From Octopus sinensis (Eukaryota), in contig NC_042999.1 in the NCBI RefSeq assembly GCF_006345805.1, positions 99,882,001 through 99,946,000 of the forward strand: a stretch of 64,000 bases of DNA, given 5' to 3'. Positions 43,380-56,306 of this stretch are shown in pieces. Each line of letters starts with the position of its first letter. Position 1 is the first letter of the stretch. Made by a program: the position numbers and the translations under genes. The notes beneath the pieces are model-generated. The model did not search any database. It had not been told where the DNA came from and saw only the letters and a list, made by a program, of their open reading frames with translations.

Positions 43380-44110
43380 TTCGCATGTTTCACCCAGGAT
43401 CGTTGGAAAATTGTTTGGTGCTTTTCTAAATCTAGTCGATATCATGCTATTTTTAATCCGCACACCGTGAAGGTATCTTACGCTAACGCTGCTAATTTAG
43501 AGCAGCTTATGCCCCACAAAAACAATAGTAAAATATTTCAATAACCCACCTACTAGATCTAGAGCACACGTGCATTTAAATATCACCAAAGGAGAGGTAA
43601 GCCGCAATGAAAAACACCAATTACGGCTAAATTGTAATAGTAGAAACGCTTATGATATAGCTAACACTGTAATAACGTCGGAAAATGAAGTTAGAACTGC
43701 CAAATATACAAATAAATATAATACATGCTCATGTAGAGAAAAATCAAAATGCCCATTGATGAACCTTTGTATGAATACAAGTCTCGTATATAAATGTACC
43801 GGGCACACAAGGGGAGAGACGTGTGTTTACATTGGGCAGGCGGCTGATTCATTTAAAAATCATTATCACAACCATTCTACCAGCTTTAAGAGAATCAATA
43901 AGACACATTCAACATCTTTAACCGATTTTGTATGGCGACTGAAGGAAGATATAATTAAGTACAACATAACTTGGTCCATAGTAAGGCACGCAAAACCATA
44001 CAATATCATTTCCAGGGGATGTCAGCTCTGCTCCAAGGAATCCCTGTCAATCCTGTGGACCAATGAGAAGATCATTAATAGAATTTCTGAAATTCTCTCA
44101 AGATGAATAC
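43380..44110 (+). mobile_element. Penelope-like element 3' part: GIY-YIG endonuclease ORF (43570-44106)
   Basis: 178-aa ORF with CSCREKSKCPLMNLC linker, VYKC..YIGQA..FKNHYHNH, TSLTDFVWRLKE, WSIV..AKPY and CQLC..E..IL..N..SE. Confidence 0.92.
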
Positions 44111-44464
44111 ACGCATATAAATGTACTTTCACACAATGCAGTGGGAATGAATTTCAGTACCTGTTAACATAATTACTTTAAGGTATGGATGAATCAAGTT
44201 TAGTTTTAACCTCCCCATTCTTATAAACATCAAGTAGGTATTTAACTCGCTTTGTGATCGTGAGTGCACCAAGCCACACGTGTGCATATGCTTACCGTTC
44301 CGCGGATGCTTGTATGAGCGAGTGTGCACGAGCCATGCAACTTGCTCGAGGGTGTTTATACATCCACATCTGTTAACGGTTATTTTTAATATTAAACTTA
44401 TTTTAATAATAAAGTATTTCGTATATTCCATCTTAATTTACTACCATATATGTATGTGTATATA

Positions 44465-44531
<67 letters not shown>

Positions 44532-44614
44532 CAACCATGTTTTTCTGACGTGAATTTGCTACCCGGGTATCGGTTAACCGAATTATCCATACTAGGATAA
44601 TTCATTCAACTACC

Positions 44615-44661
<47 letters not shown>

Positions 44662-44701
44662 TATTTTTATATACGTTTAAAGTTTATGGCAATCACCATG
44701 C

Positions 44702-44786
44702 AAGGAAAGTAATCTAATAAAGGGGCTTATAAGCCCTCGACAGAAAAAAGAAGGCTTAAAAGCCCTGTTATTAGACTATTTTCCTT
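44702..44786. repeat. 85-bp fold-back with 34-bp arms
   Basis: AAGGAAAGTAATCTAATAAAGGGGCTTATAAGCC versus the reverse complement of GGCTTAAAAGCCCTGTTATTAGACTATTTTCCTT, 5 mismatches. Confidence 0.85.
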
Positions 44787-44990
44787 AGTGATCACCATAA
44801 GCTTTAAGCTTATATAGAAATAACATTATTATTATTTACAGGATTGTAAAATACGGCACCGTATAACAAAACCATTCGCAGCGAAAGCATATATATATAT
44901 GTACGCACACACACACACAACACACACACAACCCCCCCCCACATATATATATATATATATATATATATGTTATGTATGTATGTATGTATA

Positions 44991-45165
44991 CAGGGTTATT
45001 CAAAAAGAATGAACCGATTTCATTACGCAATATTTTAATAAGGAAAAGCAATAGAAAATTCCAGCTAAGTCACAAGTATTTACTGACAATCAACTTTTAT
45101 TTCCTTTCTTATAAGTGTTCAATGTGCCGCGTCCTCACATTCTTGCTTGTTCACGTTTGGATTAA
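44991..45165 (-). mobile_element. Tc1/mariner-superfamily 3' end fragment
   Basis: TA-CAGGGTTATTCAAAAAGAATGAACCG terminal repeat. The minus strand ends in a ..CACATTGAACACTTATAA segment like the GHxEHL* transposase C-terminus. Confidence 0.65.
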
Positions 45166-45216
45166 CTATATATATATATTTGTTTAATGGTCACAATGCA
45201 TATCTTCGGGCGCAAC

Positions 45217-45378
45217 CAATGGTTTCACGCATCTGAAAATCCAAGCACGTTCTTCAGGCGCAGACCACACTTCGTGTTGAACCTTAAATATGGAGTGGTT
45301 CTAAAGTTCTTAGTTCAGCACAGGGAGTGGTCTGCGCCTGAAGAACATGTTTGGATTTTCAGACACGTGAAACTATTG
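45217..45378. repeat. 162-bp fold-back with about 66-bp arms
   Basis: CAATGGTTTCACG..GTGTTGAAC (45217-45282) pairs with GTTCAGCAC..CGTGAAACTATTG (45313-45378) with about 10 differences; 30-nt loop. Confidence 0.92.
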
Positions 45379-46230
45379 ACCCTCACCAGATGGATTGCTC
45401 TCTTTGTTGTATTATACCACGAACCAATACATTATATATATAAGGAGAGAGGAAACAGAGAGAATATAAATTTATGTTAGTTCATAAAATATTTAATTAA
45501 ATATATTATGAAGCAATTCTTTTGTTTTCCCTTTATATCCTTTGTGATCATTCTATGATGACATGTGAAAGGAATTCTAATACACGAGTTCTCTTCGCGC
45601 GCACATACACACACACACATACACTCACACACACACACATACACTCAAACGCACACACACACATACACTCACACACACACATACACTCAAACACACACAC
45701 ACATACACTCACACACACATACACACAAGCATGTAGCAGCTTAGAACATCTTGTGATTCGTACAAATGTGTTGAAATATTATAAGGAGGATATGATGCAA
45801 GTAAAGCGAACCTGAAAACATGAACGTATACGAAACAGATTCGTTAACTACTAATAATTTCTGCATAGTCTCTATGAATGGTTTCTCCTATCATCAGCCT
45901 GAGGCGTAAAGATAGCGTTCGGTCAGTTAGCCACCCGTTTATCATTGTAGAGATCCTTATTCGGCATTCAACTGTGCGAAATGAAAGGATGAGTGGGCTG
46001 TGAACTAGAGTTTATTCCGGATATATTTAGAAATTATGTAAGGCCTCAAAAGGATTAATGATTTAGAAATAAGTGTTAAAACATATAATTTTACAGAATG
46101 AACAAAATATTTGCATACAAGGCTATATAACACGCACTGCTTACAGCATGTCTTACTTCATAAAAATCTTAAATGACCAATTAAATGGTTCAATGGAATT
46201 ATAAAATTTCAGAGCTACGATTATCGTCTA

Positions 46231-46612
46231 CTAGCAGTATCGCCCGGCGTTGCTCAGGTTTGTAAGGGAAATAACTATAAAGCATTTTTAGAGAGTTATA
46301 GCCAAAAAATAGCAAAAAAATGGAAAAAAAATTATGGTAAATTTTTTTTGAGTTAAAAAAGGTGGAGTTGCGTCCCCTAGACGGTCTGTGGTTTGGGTTT
46401 CTGATTCTCGACCCCATGTCGAATTTATCGATTTTTTTCAGAACTGGGGGAACTTTTCAAAATTTTCGCTGCGTTAGTTTTGAATTATGACATTGGGCTA
46501 TGTGTGTGTCAAGTTTCATCAGAATCGGTTGAAAGCCGTGGTCAGAGTGAGGGTACGAGAAAACAGACACACAGAAAACGCACAGACAAACTGCCGTTTA
46601 TATAGAGAGAGA
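46231..46612 (-). mobile_element. Non-autonomous Helitron, copy 1
   Basis: Minus strand starts TC and ends CTAG, sits in an A|T site, and has a GC-rich hairpin-like CCTGAGCAACGCCGGG about 10 nt before CTAG. Roughly 95% identical to 52156-52539. Confidence 0.88.
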
Positions 46613-48456
46613 TGAGATAGAGATGAAACAGAAATTTTTAAAACTACTATAAAAAAAAACACACTCATACAGATACAGAGAGACATAACACACACACACA
46701 CGTTTACATACGTGTGTGTGTGCGTGCTCGCGCGTGTGTGCGCGTGCGCGCGTGTGTATGTGCATATCTGTGTGTCTGTGTTTGCGTGTTCGTGTGTGTG
46801 TACGCGCATGCATTTATGTGTGAGGACTTCTGGCTTGATGCTCCGATGCACATGTGCTGTACCACGAATAGTTGAACTCTAATCCGTGGCGAAGACAACT
46901 AAACTAGGAGATGGATAACTGTAATACAAAATACTGATGTATGTTGTTCATGTGCTTATGGCAAACATTTGTACTCACTTTCAGCGATCCGCATTTCCAA
47001 TAAATGCCGTTGCTATTTCTACACAAGCCTTCACCTCTGTAAAGAAATCAAATTTGTTGGTAATTTAACAACTATAATATTTGTTGTTAGACAATCATAC
47101 ATCGAACCCGGTGGGCGAATCCGCTGTAGAGATGTGTAGGTGTACATTCGACATTTCTCATTTAGGGATGCAACGTTTCAATGCTTTTAAATAATAATAG
47201 TTAGAAAAAATAGATACGATATATAAGCACTTAGGTTTCTTACTTCAGTAAATTCATATTATACACACATTTCTAAATGAAAAATTATAACAAAAACTGC
47301 ATTTATCATTCAGAGAAAAATTCCACAGACAACTAGTAACTGCGAGTCAAGTATAAACAATTCTTATTTCTCATTTCAATTTTAGATTTAAATTTCCTGT
47401 AGATACTCAGTCACTAAACTATAGAATGATGTGATTAATCCAATATGATAACAGACATGAAAGCTACCGGCTGTTTTTCTTCTACTGTTCATATAATACG
47501 AACGATTAACAGTAAGACATTCCTCTAATGTCTGGGACTTCAGACATTTCCATTCTTTTGTATTCATTTCCAATTTTTGTCTTTCACGTTTTCAATCAAT
47601 CAATCCTGGAGTTCTCTCGATGCCTAGAAATTATTTACTTGCGAGCGATCTCTTCTTCCTGTTCGTGTATATCTCTTACAATGGTCAGCATGCTAGAACG
47701 AGTGATTGATAGTTGTTATTGTTGTTGTTGTTTTTGTTGTTGCTGTTGTTGTCATTGGTGCTGCTATTGGTGTTGTCAACGATGATGAAGCTGGAAGTTG
47801 TAATGGTAAAGGTGTTGCTAGGAATTACCGTTTACAACTGAATTCAGTTTTCATAAGTTTTTGCCATTTCAAATGAGCGTAACGGAAAATATCGCATGGC
47901 TTCTCTTTTTTAACATCAACACACATGTACTACTAATTGTCATTGTTGCCTTTCAACGCCATACCGACCCTTACTTAATAGATGTATAATCAACTACTTT
48001 CTATCCGTAACCATCTCTCTTTTGGTAGTACATCGTGCAATTTGTCCTTTTGGTTTATTTGAGGTTTATTTGACTGCTACGCATAGTCTTAGTTTGTATT
48101 TTAATGAAACAGGTGTTTTAGAAACGTTAATCAGGTTTGCTTTAATCGTACTACATAGAACATTTTTAAACGTATAAACGTATAAACTGTTACTACTTAG
48201 CTGATTTTTACCTATCCCAGGGGTTTAGAACGTAACACCCGCAATAGTCGACTTATTATGGTATACACATACATACACACATACTTGTTTACACATACAT
48301 ACATATATTATATGTGTGTGTGTGTGTGTGTACTGACCTTTTATATACTATAATTTATATAATAACATTATGTATAACATCATATACTACCTACTTTCTG
48401 TCAATATTAATTCATGGCTATCACAGTAATTTACTTTTGTATTTGGTGTATCTATG

Positions 48457-48496
<40 letters not shown>

Positions 48497-49195
48497 TATA
48501 TATTATATATATATGTGTGTGTGGTGTGTGTGTGTGTGTGTGTGTATTAGAAAAATTACATCATAAAATACACAGTAGAAATACGTCCACAATATAAATA
48601 ATATTGTATCAATAAATAAATATATGAAGTTTAACTATGATTATTTAAAAAGGTTTGAGATATCCTACGGTCGTTTCATGAACGTATTACTTTTCGAAAT
48701 GAAATCCAAAATTGATAATCATCAGAGAAAAGGAGAAATTTCCGTGTAGTCAATCGAATGAAAGTGATGCTATTTAAAATCATATGATTATCAATTTTAG
48801 AATTTATTTCGAAAGGTAATACAATCATGAAACGATCAAAGGATATCTCAGACCTTTTTAAATAATTCTAGTAATACTTTATATATTTATTTATTAATAC
48901 AATATTATTTATATTATGGACGTATCTCTACTGTGAATTTTATGATGTAATTGTTCCTGCTTTTATTTTCTAATATATAATCGCTCTAATTGAATCTCTA
49001 AATACCTTTAAGGTTTAAGACATTTTTCATATTAAGAGCACTTATCTCAAATAATCCAGTACATTTCATTCTCAAAGGATATTTTTGATTAACTATATAT
49101 ATATATAAAGGGAAAGTTTACGAAAATAAACAAAAAACGAAGGCAGGTGGAGTACAAACAAACAAATGTATTAGTATAGCGCTCAGTAATAGAAA

Positions 49196-49236
49196 AAGTC
49201 ATTTACGTTTCGAGCCTACGCTCTTCGACAGAAAGA
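49196..49236 (-). ncRNA. Variant minimal type I hammerhead ribozyme motif (PLE-associated)
   Basis: Reverse complement: UCUUU-CUGUCGA-A-GAGC(GUAG)GCUC-GAAACGUA-AAUGA. Stem II is perfect, the core has A6 changed to U, and stem I has one mismatch. Confidence 0.6.
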
Positions 49237-49318
49237 TACACAGAAAAAAACATGGGCAGAAAAAAGGAGAGAAAAAAAGGAGACAAACAAAAGGAGAGAA
49301 AAAATATATATATATATA

Positions 49319-49375
<57 letters not shown>

Positions 49376-49387
49376 ATATATGTATAT

Positions 49388-49421
<34 letters not shown>

Positions 49422-49451
49422 CATACATACGTACATACATACATATCTATA

Positions 49452-49502
<51 letters not shown>

Positions 49503-50366
49503 TGTGTGTGTGTATGGATGTATGCCAAATACAACATTGAATGAATGGGTGGCAACCATGCATTAATATGAATAGATTATATATATATATATATATAGTA
49601 TTATTAGAACTGTTGTTCATACACTTGTTAGTGCATTATTTGTTTGTAATGTAATTATTTAATTATTTTATATATTCATGTGAAAATCAGTATTTCCCTC
49701 CATGTATGTCATTTACTTGAAGCTCTTGCACTGTTCCATATAAATCCAGCTGGGCACTATTAATTCTGAATTTAACATAACTAGGCAGAGCATATTTATA
49801 TACGTTTTTGATCTCATTCATTTTCTATCGTTTTATATTATTCTTTTATCTTTTATGTCTGCTAATTAATTCTCTACGTTGGTGTTACTAATCAACTTCA
49901 GATATGATTATAGAAAGATGAGACAGATTCGTTTTCTTCGAAAGAAATATCTGACATATATACGCGATCGCAAACAATAAGCCGCATCAACACATTTAAA
50001 TGAACACAAAAACGTACACAAACATATAGAAGCATATAAGCATAACAAAAATTAATGTATGTATGTGTGTGTGTAGTATATATGTGTAAATGTGTGTGTA
50101 TGCTGGTGTGTGCATGTGTGAGCATAGATATCAACATACATGCATTCGCCAGATATTCAAAGAAACAATATATGAAAATGAATATTATATACACATAAAT
50201 ATGTGTGTGTGTGTATATACCTTATCCACACACGTTCATATACCGATATATATACGCGCTAATATGTGATGTAAGCATATGCTTTTGCAGATGTCATCGT
50301 GTGTACATTTATATATACATATATATATGCACACACATACACACGCATACACACACTCGCACATCC

Positions 50367-50398
<32 letters not shown>

Positions 50399-50428
50399 AT
50401 GTATTATGTATGTATGTATATATATATG

Positions 50429-50468
<40 letters not shown>

Positions 50469-50944
50469 TATATATATATAGAAGAAATGAGGTACTCAGA
50501 AAATCGGATGGTTTATATTTACAGATATTTATTTGTATATTACATTTTTTATATATATCATATCACTTAGATCATTAGCGCTTTCTCCCATTCTAGTGGG
50601 GTTTTCAAATGCAGTATGTTCTCCGTGTTTTCCCACGCAGGAAAAAATATAGGAAAGATGGTTTGGGATAAGAGCTAAAAATGCTCCTGAGTCCTAAAAC
50701 GTGTGGTCGTTTTTAAATTTTTTAAATGCAAAACAGGATTTGATAATATTTTGCTTTTCATTACTAAATGAAAAGGAAAATGTTTAGGAGAGATTGGAGA
50801 TAGAATGGAAAATCCGGAAGACATACTTAAAAGATCAATTGTTGATAAAAATTCCAATTTTCATTAAATTTCGCAAAGACAGATAGTTCAAATGTTTGAT
50901 GAAATTCATTACAGTCATATATGATTAAAAGGGAATTAGTGTGG

Positions 50945-53390
50945 CTCCCTACGGACAAGTTTCACAGACTGTCAATAGACAGCCCACAGAACCATGTCCA
51001 TCAGTAACATGAAAGAAGATGCACCACAGGAACATTAGAGTGGAAAAACTCCTCAATGCGCACATGGGAATGTGGTGCAACATACACCAACCTAAGAAAT
51101 GGACTGCAAACAAATTCCAAGCTTCCAACAATGATGTTCATACACTACACGGGTTACACAAAGACCATACACCCTACATAAACTCCGTCATAGGGCCCCC
51201 AACCCGACCAGTTTACGGAGCGAATATCTCCAGCAATTATAGACTGCCCTGTTTCCTCTCACAGGTATTACGACCTCTCATAAAAATGTCCAGAGATGTT
51301 GTGTAGTGGATAGTATGGATGTGATTTCACTCTACTCATCTATGGGCATAGATTTTGCCGTGGAGAAATTCATTAAGATAATTTGTGAGGGTGAAGTAGA
51401 GTTCCGTGAAGTCAACACGAGGGATCTGGGCCTCGTCCTTAGACGAAGCAACGATAGTGACTATTCAAACGACCATGACCTCAGTAGATTCTGCCTCACC
51501 GAGTCACAAAGAGGAAAATGACCCATCATCACCTCAACAGTGAAGAAAAGCACCGCAGAACGCTGTAGTGGCTGGACCGTGTCCACCCGAGACCATGAGG
51601 ACAACAGCCAGGTGAAAGGAATGACTGCACAGGCAACAGAGGCTAGCGTAAGAACCACATTCAAGAACCACATAGTAAAGTTTAAAAAGAGACTATACAT
51701 TCAGATTCAAGGTGCAGTCATTGGTGACGGTGTATCTGGAGATGTGACCGGCCTCTTCATGACCTGGTGGGGCAGAAAACTTAAGCAATCCTTAGCAGAA
51801 CAGCCCACAATTCTTCTACTTTACAGTAGGTATGTAGATGACATTAATATCCTAGTTAAAACCAACTCTTGTAACGGTAATGTAGAAACTGAGAGGTACA
51901 TAATGGAGAGCATCTAGCAAGTAGTTAACCATATCCATCAAAGCATCAAGGTAACAATAGATTACTCCACAAGACAACCTAACAATAGACTCCCCGTCCT
52001 TGATTCTGAATTTTGGTTAGAGACTGTGAATAACTGAGTGCAGCTCCTCTACTCCTATTACATGAAACCCATAGCTTCAAAATATGTTGTTCGCAAGAGC
52101 TCGGCTCTGTCACACAACATGAAAATTAACATACTGAAAACAGACTTAGTTAGGACTAGCAGTATCACCCGGCGTTGCTCAGGTTTGTAAGGGAAATAAC
52201 TATAAAGCATTTTTAGAGAGTTATAGCCAAAAAATAGCAAAAAAATGGAAAAAAATTATGGTAAAATTTTTTTGAGAGTTAAAAAAGGTGGAGTTGCGCC
52301 CCCTAGACAGTTTGTGGTTTGTGTTTCTGATTCTCGACCCCATGTCGAATTTATCGATTTTTTTCAGAACTGGGGGAACTTTTCAAAATTTTCGGTGCGT
52401 TAGTTTTGAATTATGACATTGGGCTATAAGTGTGTCAAGTTTCATCAGAATCGGTTGAAAGCCGTGGTCAGGGTGAGGGTACAAGCAAACAGACACACAG
52501 AAACACACACAGACAAACTGCCGTTTATATATAGAGAGATAATGAACAATGTGTCCTCAGTATGCAAACCCTATGAAACAAAGAAACGTGCAAAGCAATT
52601 CTCTGGATATGATCAGAAAGATAGGGTTTGAGTACACAGGGGTGCTAGAAAGAAGTTAGATAACTATTTTGATTCGGGAGACGCCTAGCATTCTGGGTAA
52701 TTGAATTCCTGATAATATCATTTGTTTGTCGATTGTATATGTTAAAGATAGTATATGTAATGAAACCAATGGTACTTGCCCTAGATATAGAAACAAAACT
52801 GGAATTGAATACAAAGAGATTGTGACAAAGCAAACAGATTGAACATTTAGTATAAAACCGACAAATACCAAGGAGTGATGTTTGTAGAGGCCACAACCCA
52901 TGGGGAACTATCCCGTAGATTTTGGAACGCTCTGAATGAGACCAAACTCAACAAGATTGTTGAAATGCCAGGGAACTCCAGCAGATAACAGCTGTGTAGG
53001 ACGTACCCCTTTTAGAATGCCATTTGTAACAATCGTAACCGCACGTTATGTATGGTTAGCCCTGACATTAACTGTAGAAGTAGAAATGTAGTCTACGGCA
53101 TAATATGCATAAGATGCATCGAAGGTACTCGTAAAGCCATGAACATGACATATATAGGGGCGATATCTAGGAGCATTGCAGAAAGACTAAATGAAACACT
53201 TGAGACAATATGATGACAAAAAACCGTCCTTCATATTCTACCAACATGCCAAGGACCAACATGGAGGCATCCTGGGTCAATTTGACATCCGCATTTTATC
53301 CAAGCACCCAATGGACCCAACCCTCAGATAAATACAGGAGTATGTCCTCATAAATGAAACAACCCCAGTACTAAATAGGAAATATACGTA
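50945..53390 (+). mobile_element. Penelope-like retroelement (RT + GIY-YIG, Neptune-like), decayed and interrupted
   Basis: Motifs in order: LHGLHKDH, SMDVISLYSS, YIQIQGAVIG, YSRYVDDINI, LPVLD, YYMKP, SGYDQKDR, GVMFVEAT, KIVEMPG, C..C...C..RNVVYGIIC..C, YIG..SRS..ERL, H..DQH, E..LI....PVLN. Confidence 0.93.
52156..52539 (-). mobile_element. Non-autonomous Helitron, copy 2, nested in the PLE
   Basis: 5'-TC..CTAG-3' on the minus strand at an A|T site. Removing it restores AGG ATA ATG (LVRIMNNVS) in the PLE frame. Confidence 0.92.
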
Positions 53391-54010
53391 GTAGACAATC
53401 ATACCCACATACCCACAGTTTATATTTATATACAGGCAGAATAGTTATTATCTGTTATGTAGATGTATATATGTGGGTGTATATATATATGTATATGTAT
53501 ATGCATATGTATGTAGGCAAATGGATATGAAAGTAAACAAATAGACATACAGACGGATAGGTACATAGGTAATATGAACAGACAAGCACACATATACACA
53601 CACACAAATGAAGACTGAAACACACATTTCACTTCACACAAGGACACATATGGAGACACATCCACACATATGGAGATACACATTCATACATACAGACACA
53701 GTACATAGTCACAAACACCCATGAACACACACACTTAGCCATGCACACACAAGGAGACAAAGGTACACACACACATGCAAACACACAGACATAAAAACAA
53801 ACACATCCATATGTATATACATACGCACACACACATACATACATACTTACATACATACATACATGCATGCATACACTTATATGCATACATACATACATAC
53901 ATACATATATGCATATACACATACATGTGTATGCGCACACACACTGACCCACACACATGCGCACAAACAAACAAAAAGAACGCAGCTCGGATAACGGACA
54001 GTGTCAAAAA

Positions 54011-54047
54011 CTATTGAAGAGGTTGCAAGACGCAACGAAAATTTTAG
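54011..54047 (+). ncRNA. Decayed hammerhead-like motif downstream of the PLE
   Basis: CUA-UUGAAGA-G-GUUGC(AAGAC)GCAAC-GAAA-AUUU-UAG. Stem II is perfect; C3 and stem III are altered. Confidence 0.45.
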
Positions 54048-54259
54048 AAAAATAGATGAGTGGAAACTTTACCGGTGAGGGTGTTAAATTATAAGGCAGT
54101 AAAGAGAATGACTCTCCCCTGACACAACATATATATATATATATTTACATACATAAGGATCGGCATATTAAACTCATTTAAATAAAAGGGTTGGGAACTA
54201 CTGTTGAGAACCACTGTAAAAAGGCTGGGAACCACTAGTCTATCATCTAATATTTTGAT

Positions 54260-55320
54260 AGTATGACTTCCTGCATACGTCACTTGTTTCACGGATATTC
54301 TGGTCAGATATTTTGATTTCGGAGACGTCTAGCTTTCTGAATGGTTGAATCCCTGATAATATCTCTTTGTCGATTGTTTAAAAAATGGTTTTCAGAAGGG
54401 CATCAATGAAGTTAATAAGTTTATGTTTCTCACAGGACGGACCTGCCAAAATTCGTCTCATTTCGAGATCTATGGGATGTGTCATATTCATACACAAGGA
54501 GGTTGATCTGCTACAGGCTTCATTACCGGTTTCGCCCACGTGGATTTTTGAAAGCCCGTAAAAGTTGCTGGTTTTGCGGCCAAATTGGTTAAGTAATTTT
54601 TTTCCTATTCCGATAAATATTTTTGGAACTGCTCAACGACAGTAGTAAACATTTTCTATATTTTGGATAGTTGATTATTGTTTTTTTTTTTTCCTAAGTG
54701 TTGCCACGGAGAAGAGCTCGTGTAGTGTTTATGCATTGTTCCGAGTCCATAATGACTACAGTACTACCTTTATCAACTGCTTAAATAATTATAATTTGAT
54801 CGTCCTTGAGAGTTCACTTAAGAGTTACCATTCTTTTCGTCTTGCATTTGGTTTAAATTTCTTTAAATCACAGAGAAAATTGGTCACAAAATCAGGACAC
54901 TTGTCCAGAGTTTGGTTCGTCTCTTTTGCGGGATTGTAATTACTTTTGTAGCGAAGCATTGAATTATCATTGATTTCTTTGGCAAATAATTTTTCTGCTA
55001 CCCATACTTTTCAACAAAATTCCAGAACATTACTCTGTATTTGATTTATGAAGAAATTTTGCAGGAGTGAGGTGAATTTTAGTCCTTTCGAAAGAGTTTT
55101 AATCTGTTGGGTTAACAAGGTTTATAACCTATGGAATTTCGTCCACTATGTCTGAAAAATGGCTCGCCGAGTTTTGGTTAATCGAATTAGGGATCCTATT
55201 GTCTGTTTCCCCTAATCTCTCCAAAAGGTTTATTTTTGTGATTACCATTCAAAAACTAGAACGTGCCGATACCTATTTGGTAATTTAATAAATCTGTCAA
55301 AATATAAACGAAAACAGGTT
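54260..55320 (-). mobile_element. Penelope-like RT N-terminal relic (Penelope/Poseidon-like)
   Basis: LSKGLKFT, AVDKGSTVVIMD, TSNFYGLSKIH and P.DLEMRRILAGPSCEKHKLINFIDALLK in order. Confidence 0.88.
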
Positions 55321-55380
55321 TCAAGATTCAGGTGCATGTTCAACGACCAATTCTTACTACTATATGTATGCGTGTGTGTG

Positions 55381-55453
<73 letters not shown>

Positions 55454-55507
55454 CATTATCGTTATCCAGATCAACTGTATGATCATCTTAATCATTTTTA
55501 TTATAAC

Positions 55508-55665
55508 AATAATAAGGATTTTAAAATTTGGCAGAGGGCAAGGAATTTCGGGGGAGAGGATAAATTAATTACGTCGACTCCAGTGTTCAACTGGTACTTA
55601 TTTTAAAGACCCCGGAAGAATGAAAAACAACAACGACCTCCAGAGCATTTGAACGCAGAACCTAA
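55508..55665 (-). mobile_element. tRNA-derived SINE (second family), degraded
   Basis: CCAGTGTTCAACTGGTACTTATTTT..GACCCGGAAGAATGAAA block shared with other copies. Confidence 0.7.
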
Positions 55666-55729
55666 AATTAAAAGAAATGCAGCTAAGTATTTTCTCCGGC
55701 GTGCAAACGATTCTGCAAGAACGCAGACC

Positions 55730-55870
55730 TAAAAGTTATAATAATAATAATGAGGAAGAGGAGGAGGAGGAGGAGGAGGAGGAGAAGAAGAAGACGAAGA
55801 AGAAGAAGAAGAAGAAGAAGAAGAAGAAGAAGAAGAAGAAGAAGAAGAAGAAGAAGAAGAAGAAGAAGGA
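55730..55870. repeat. Compound (AAT)(GAG)(AAG)n microsatellite
   Basis: Directly visible; explains the poly-E/poly-K and poly-L ORFs in the track. Confidence 0.97.
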
Positions 55871-56019
55871 AATAGTTTCTTTCCATTATAACTTTATTTC
55901 CGCTCCCTTAGTATCGGGCATCCTTTGGAGGCCAAGAGTAGCAAGAGCACTTTTGCTTTACCATGTATGCTAAAATTATCACCACATTCATTCCATTTTA
56001 GATGGTGAGTGCTTTTGTT

Positions 56020-56220
56020 GTTAAGGCGGTGAACTGCCAAAATCGTTTGCACGACGGACGAAATGCGCGTCTCTACGTTCTGAGTTCAAATTCCGCTGAG
56101 ATCGGCTTTGCCTTTCATCTTTTCGGGACCTATAAATTAAATACCAGTCAAACACTGGAGTCGATGTGATCGACTACCCACTCCTCCACAATTTCAGGCC
56201 TTGTGTCTATAGTAGAAATG

Positions 56221-56306
<86 letters not shown>

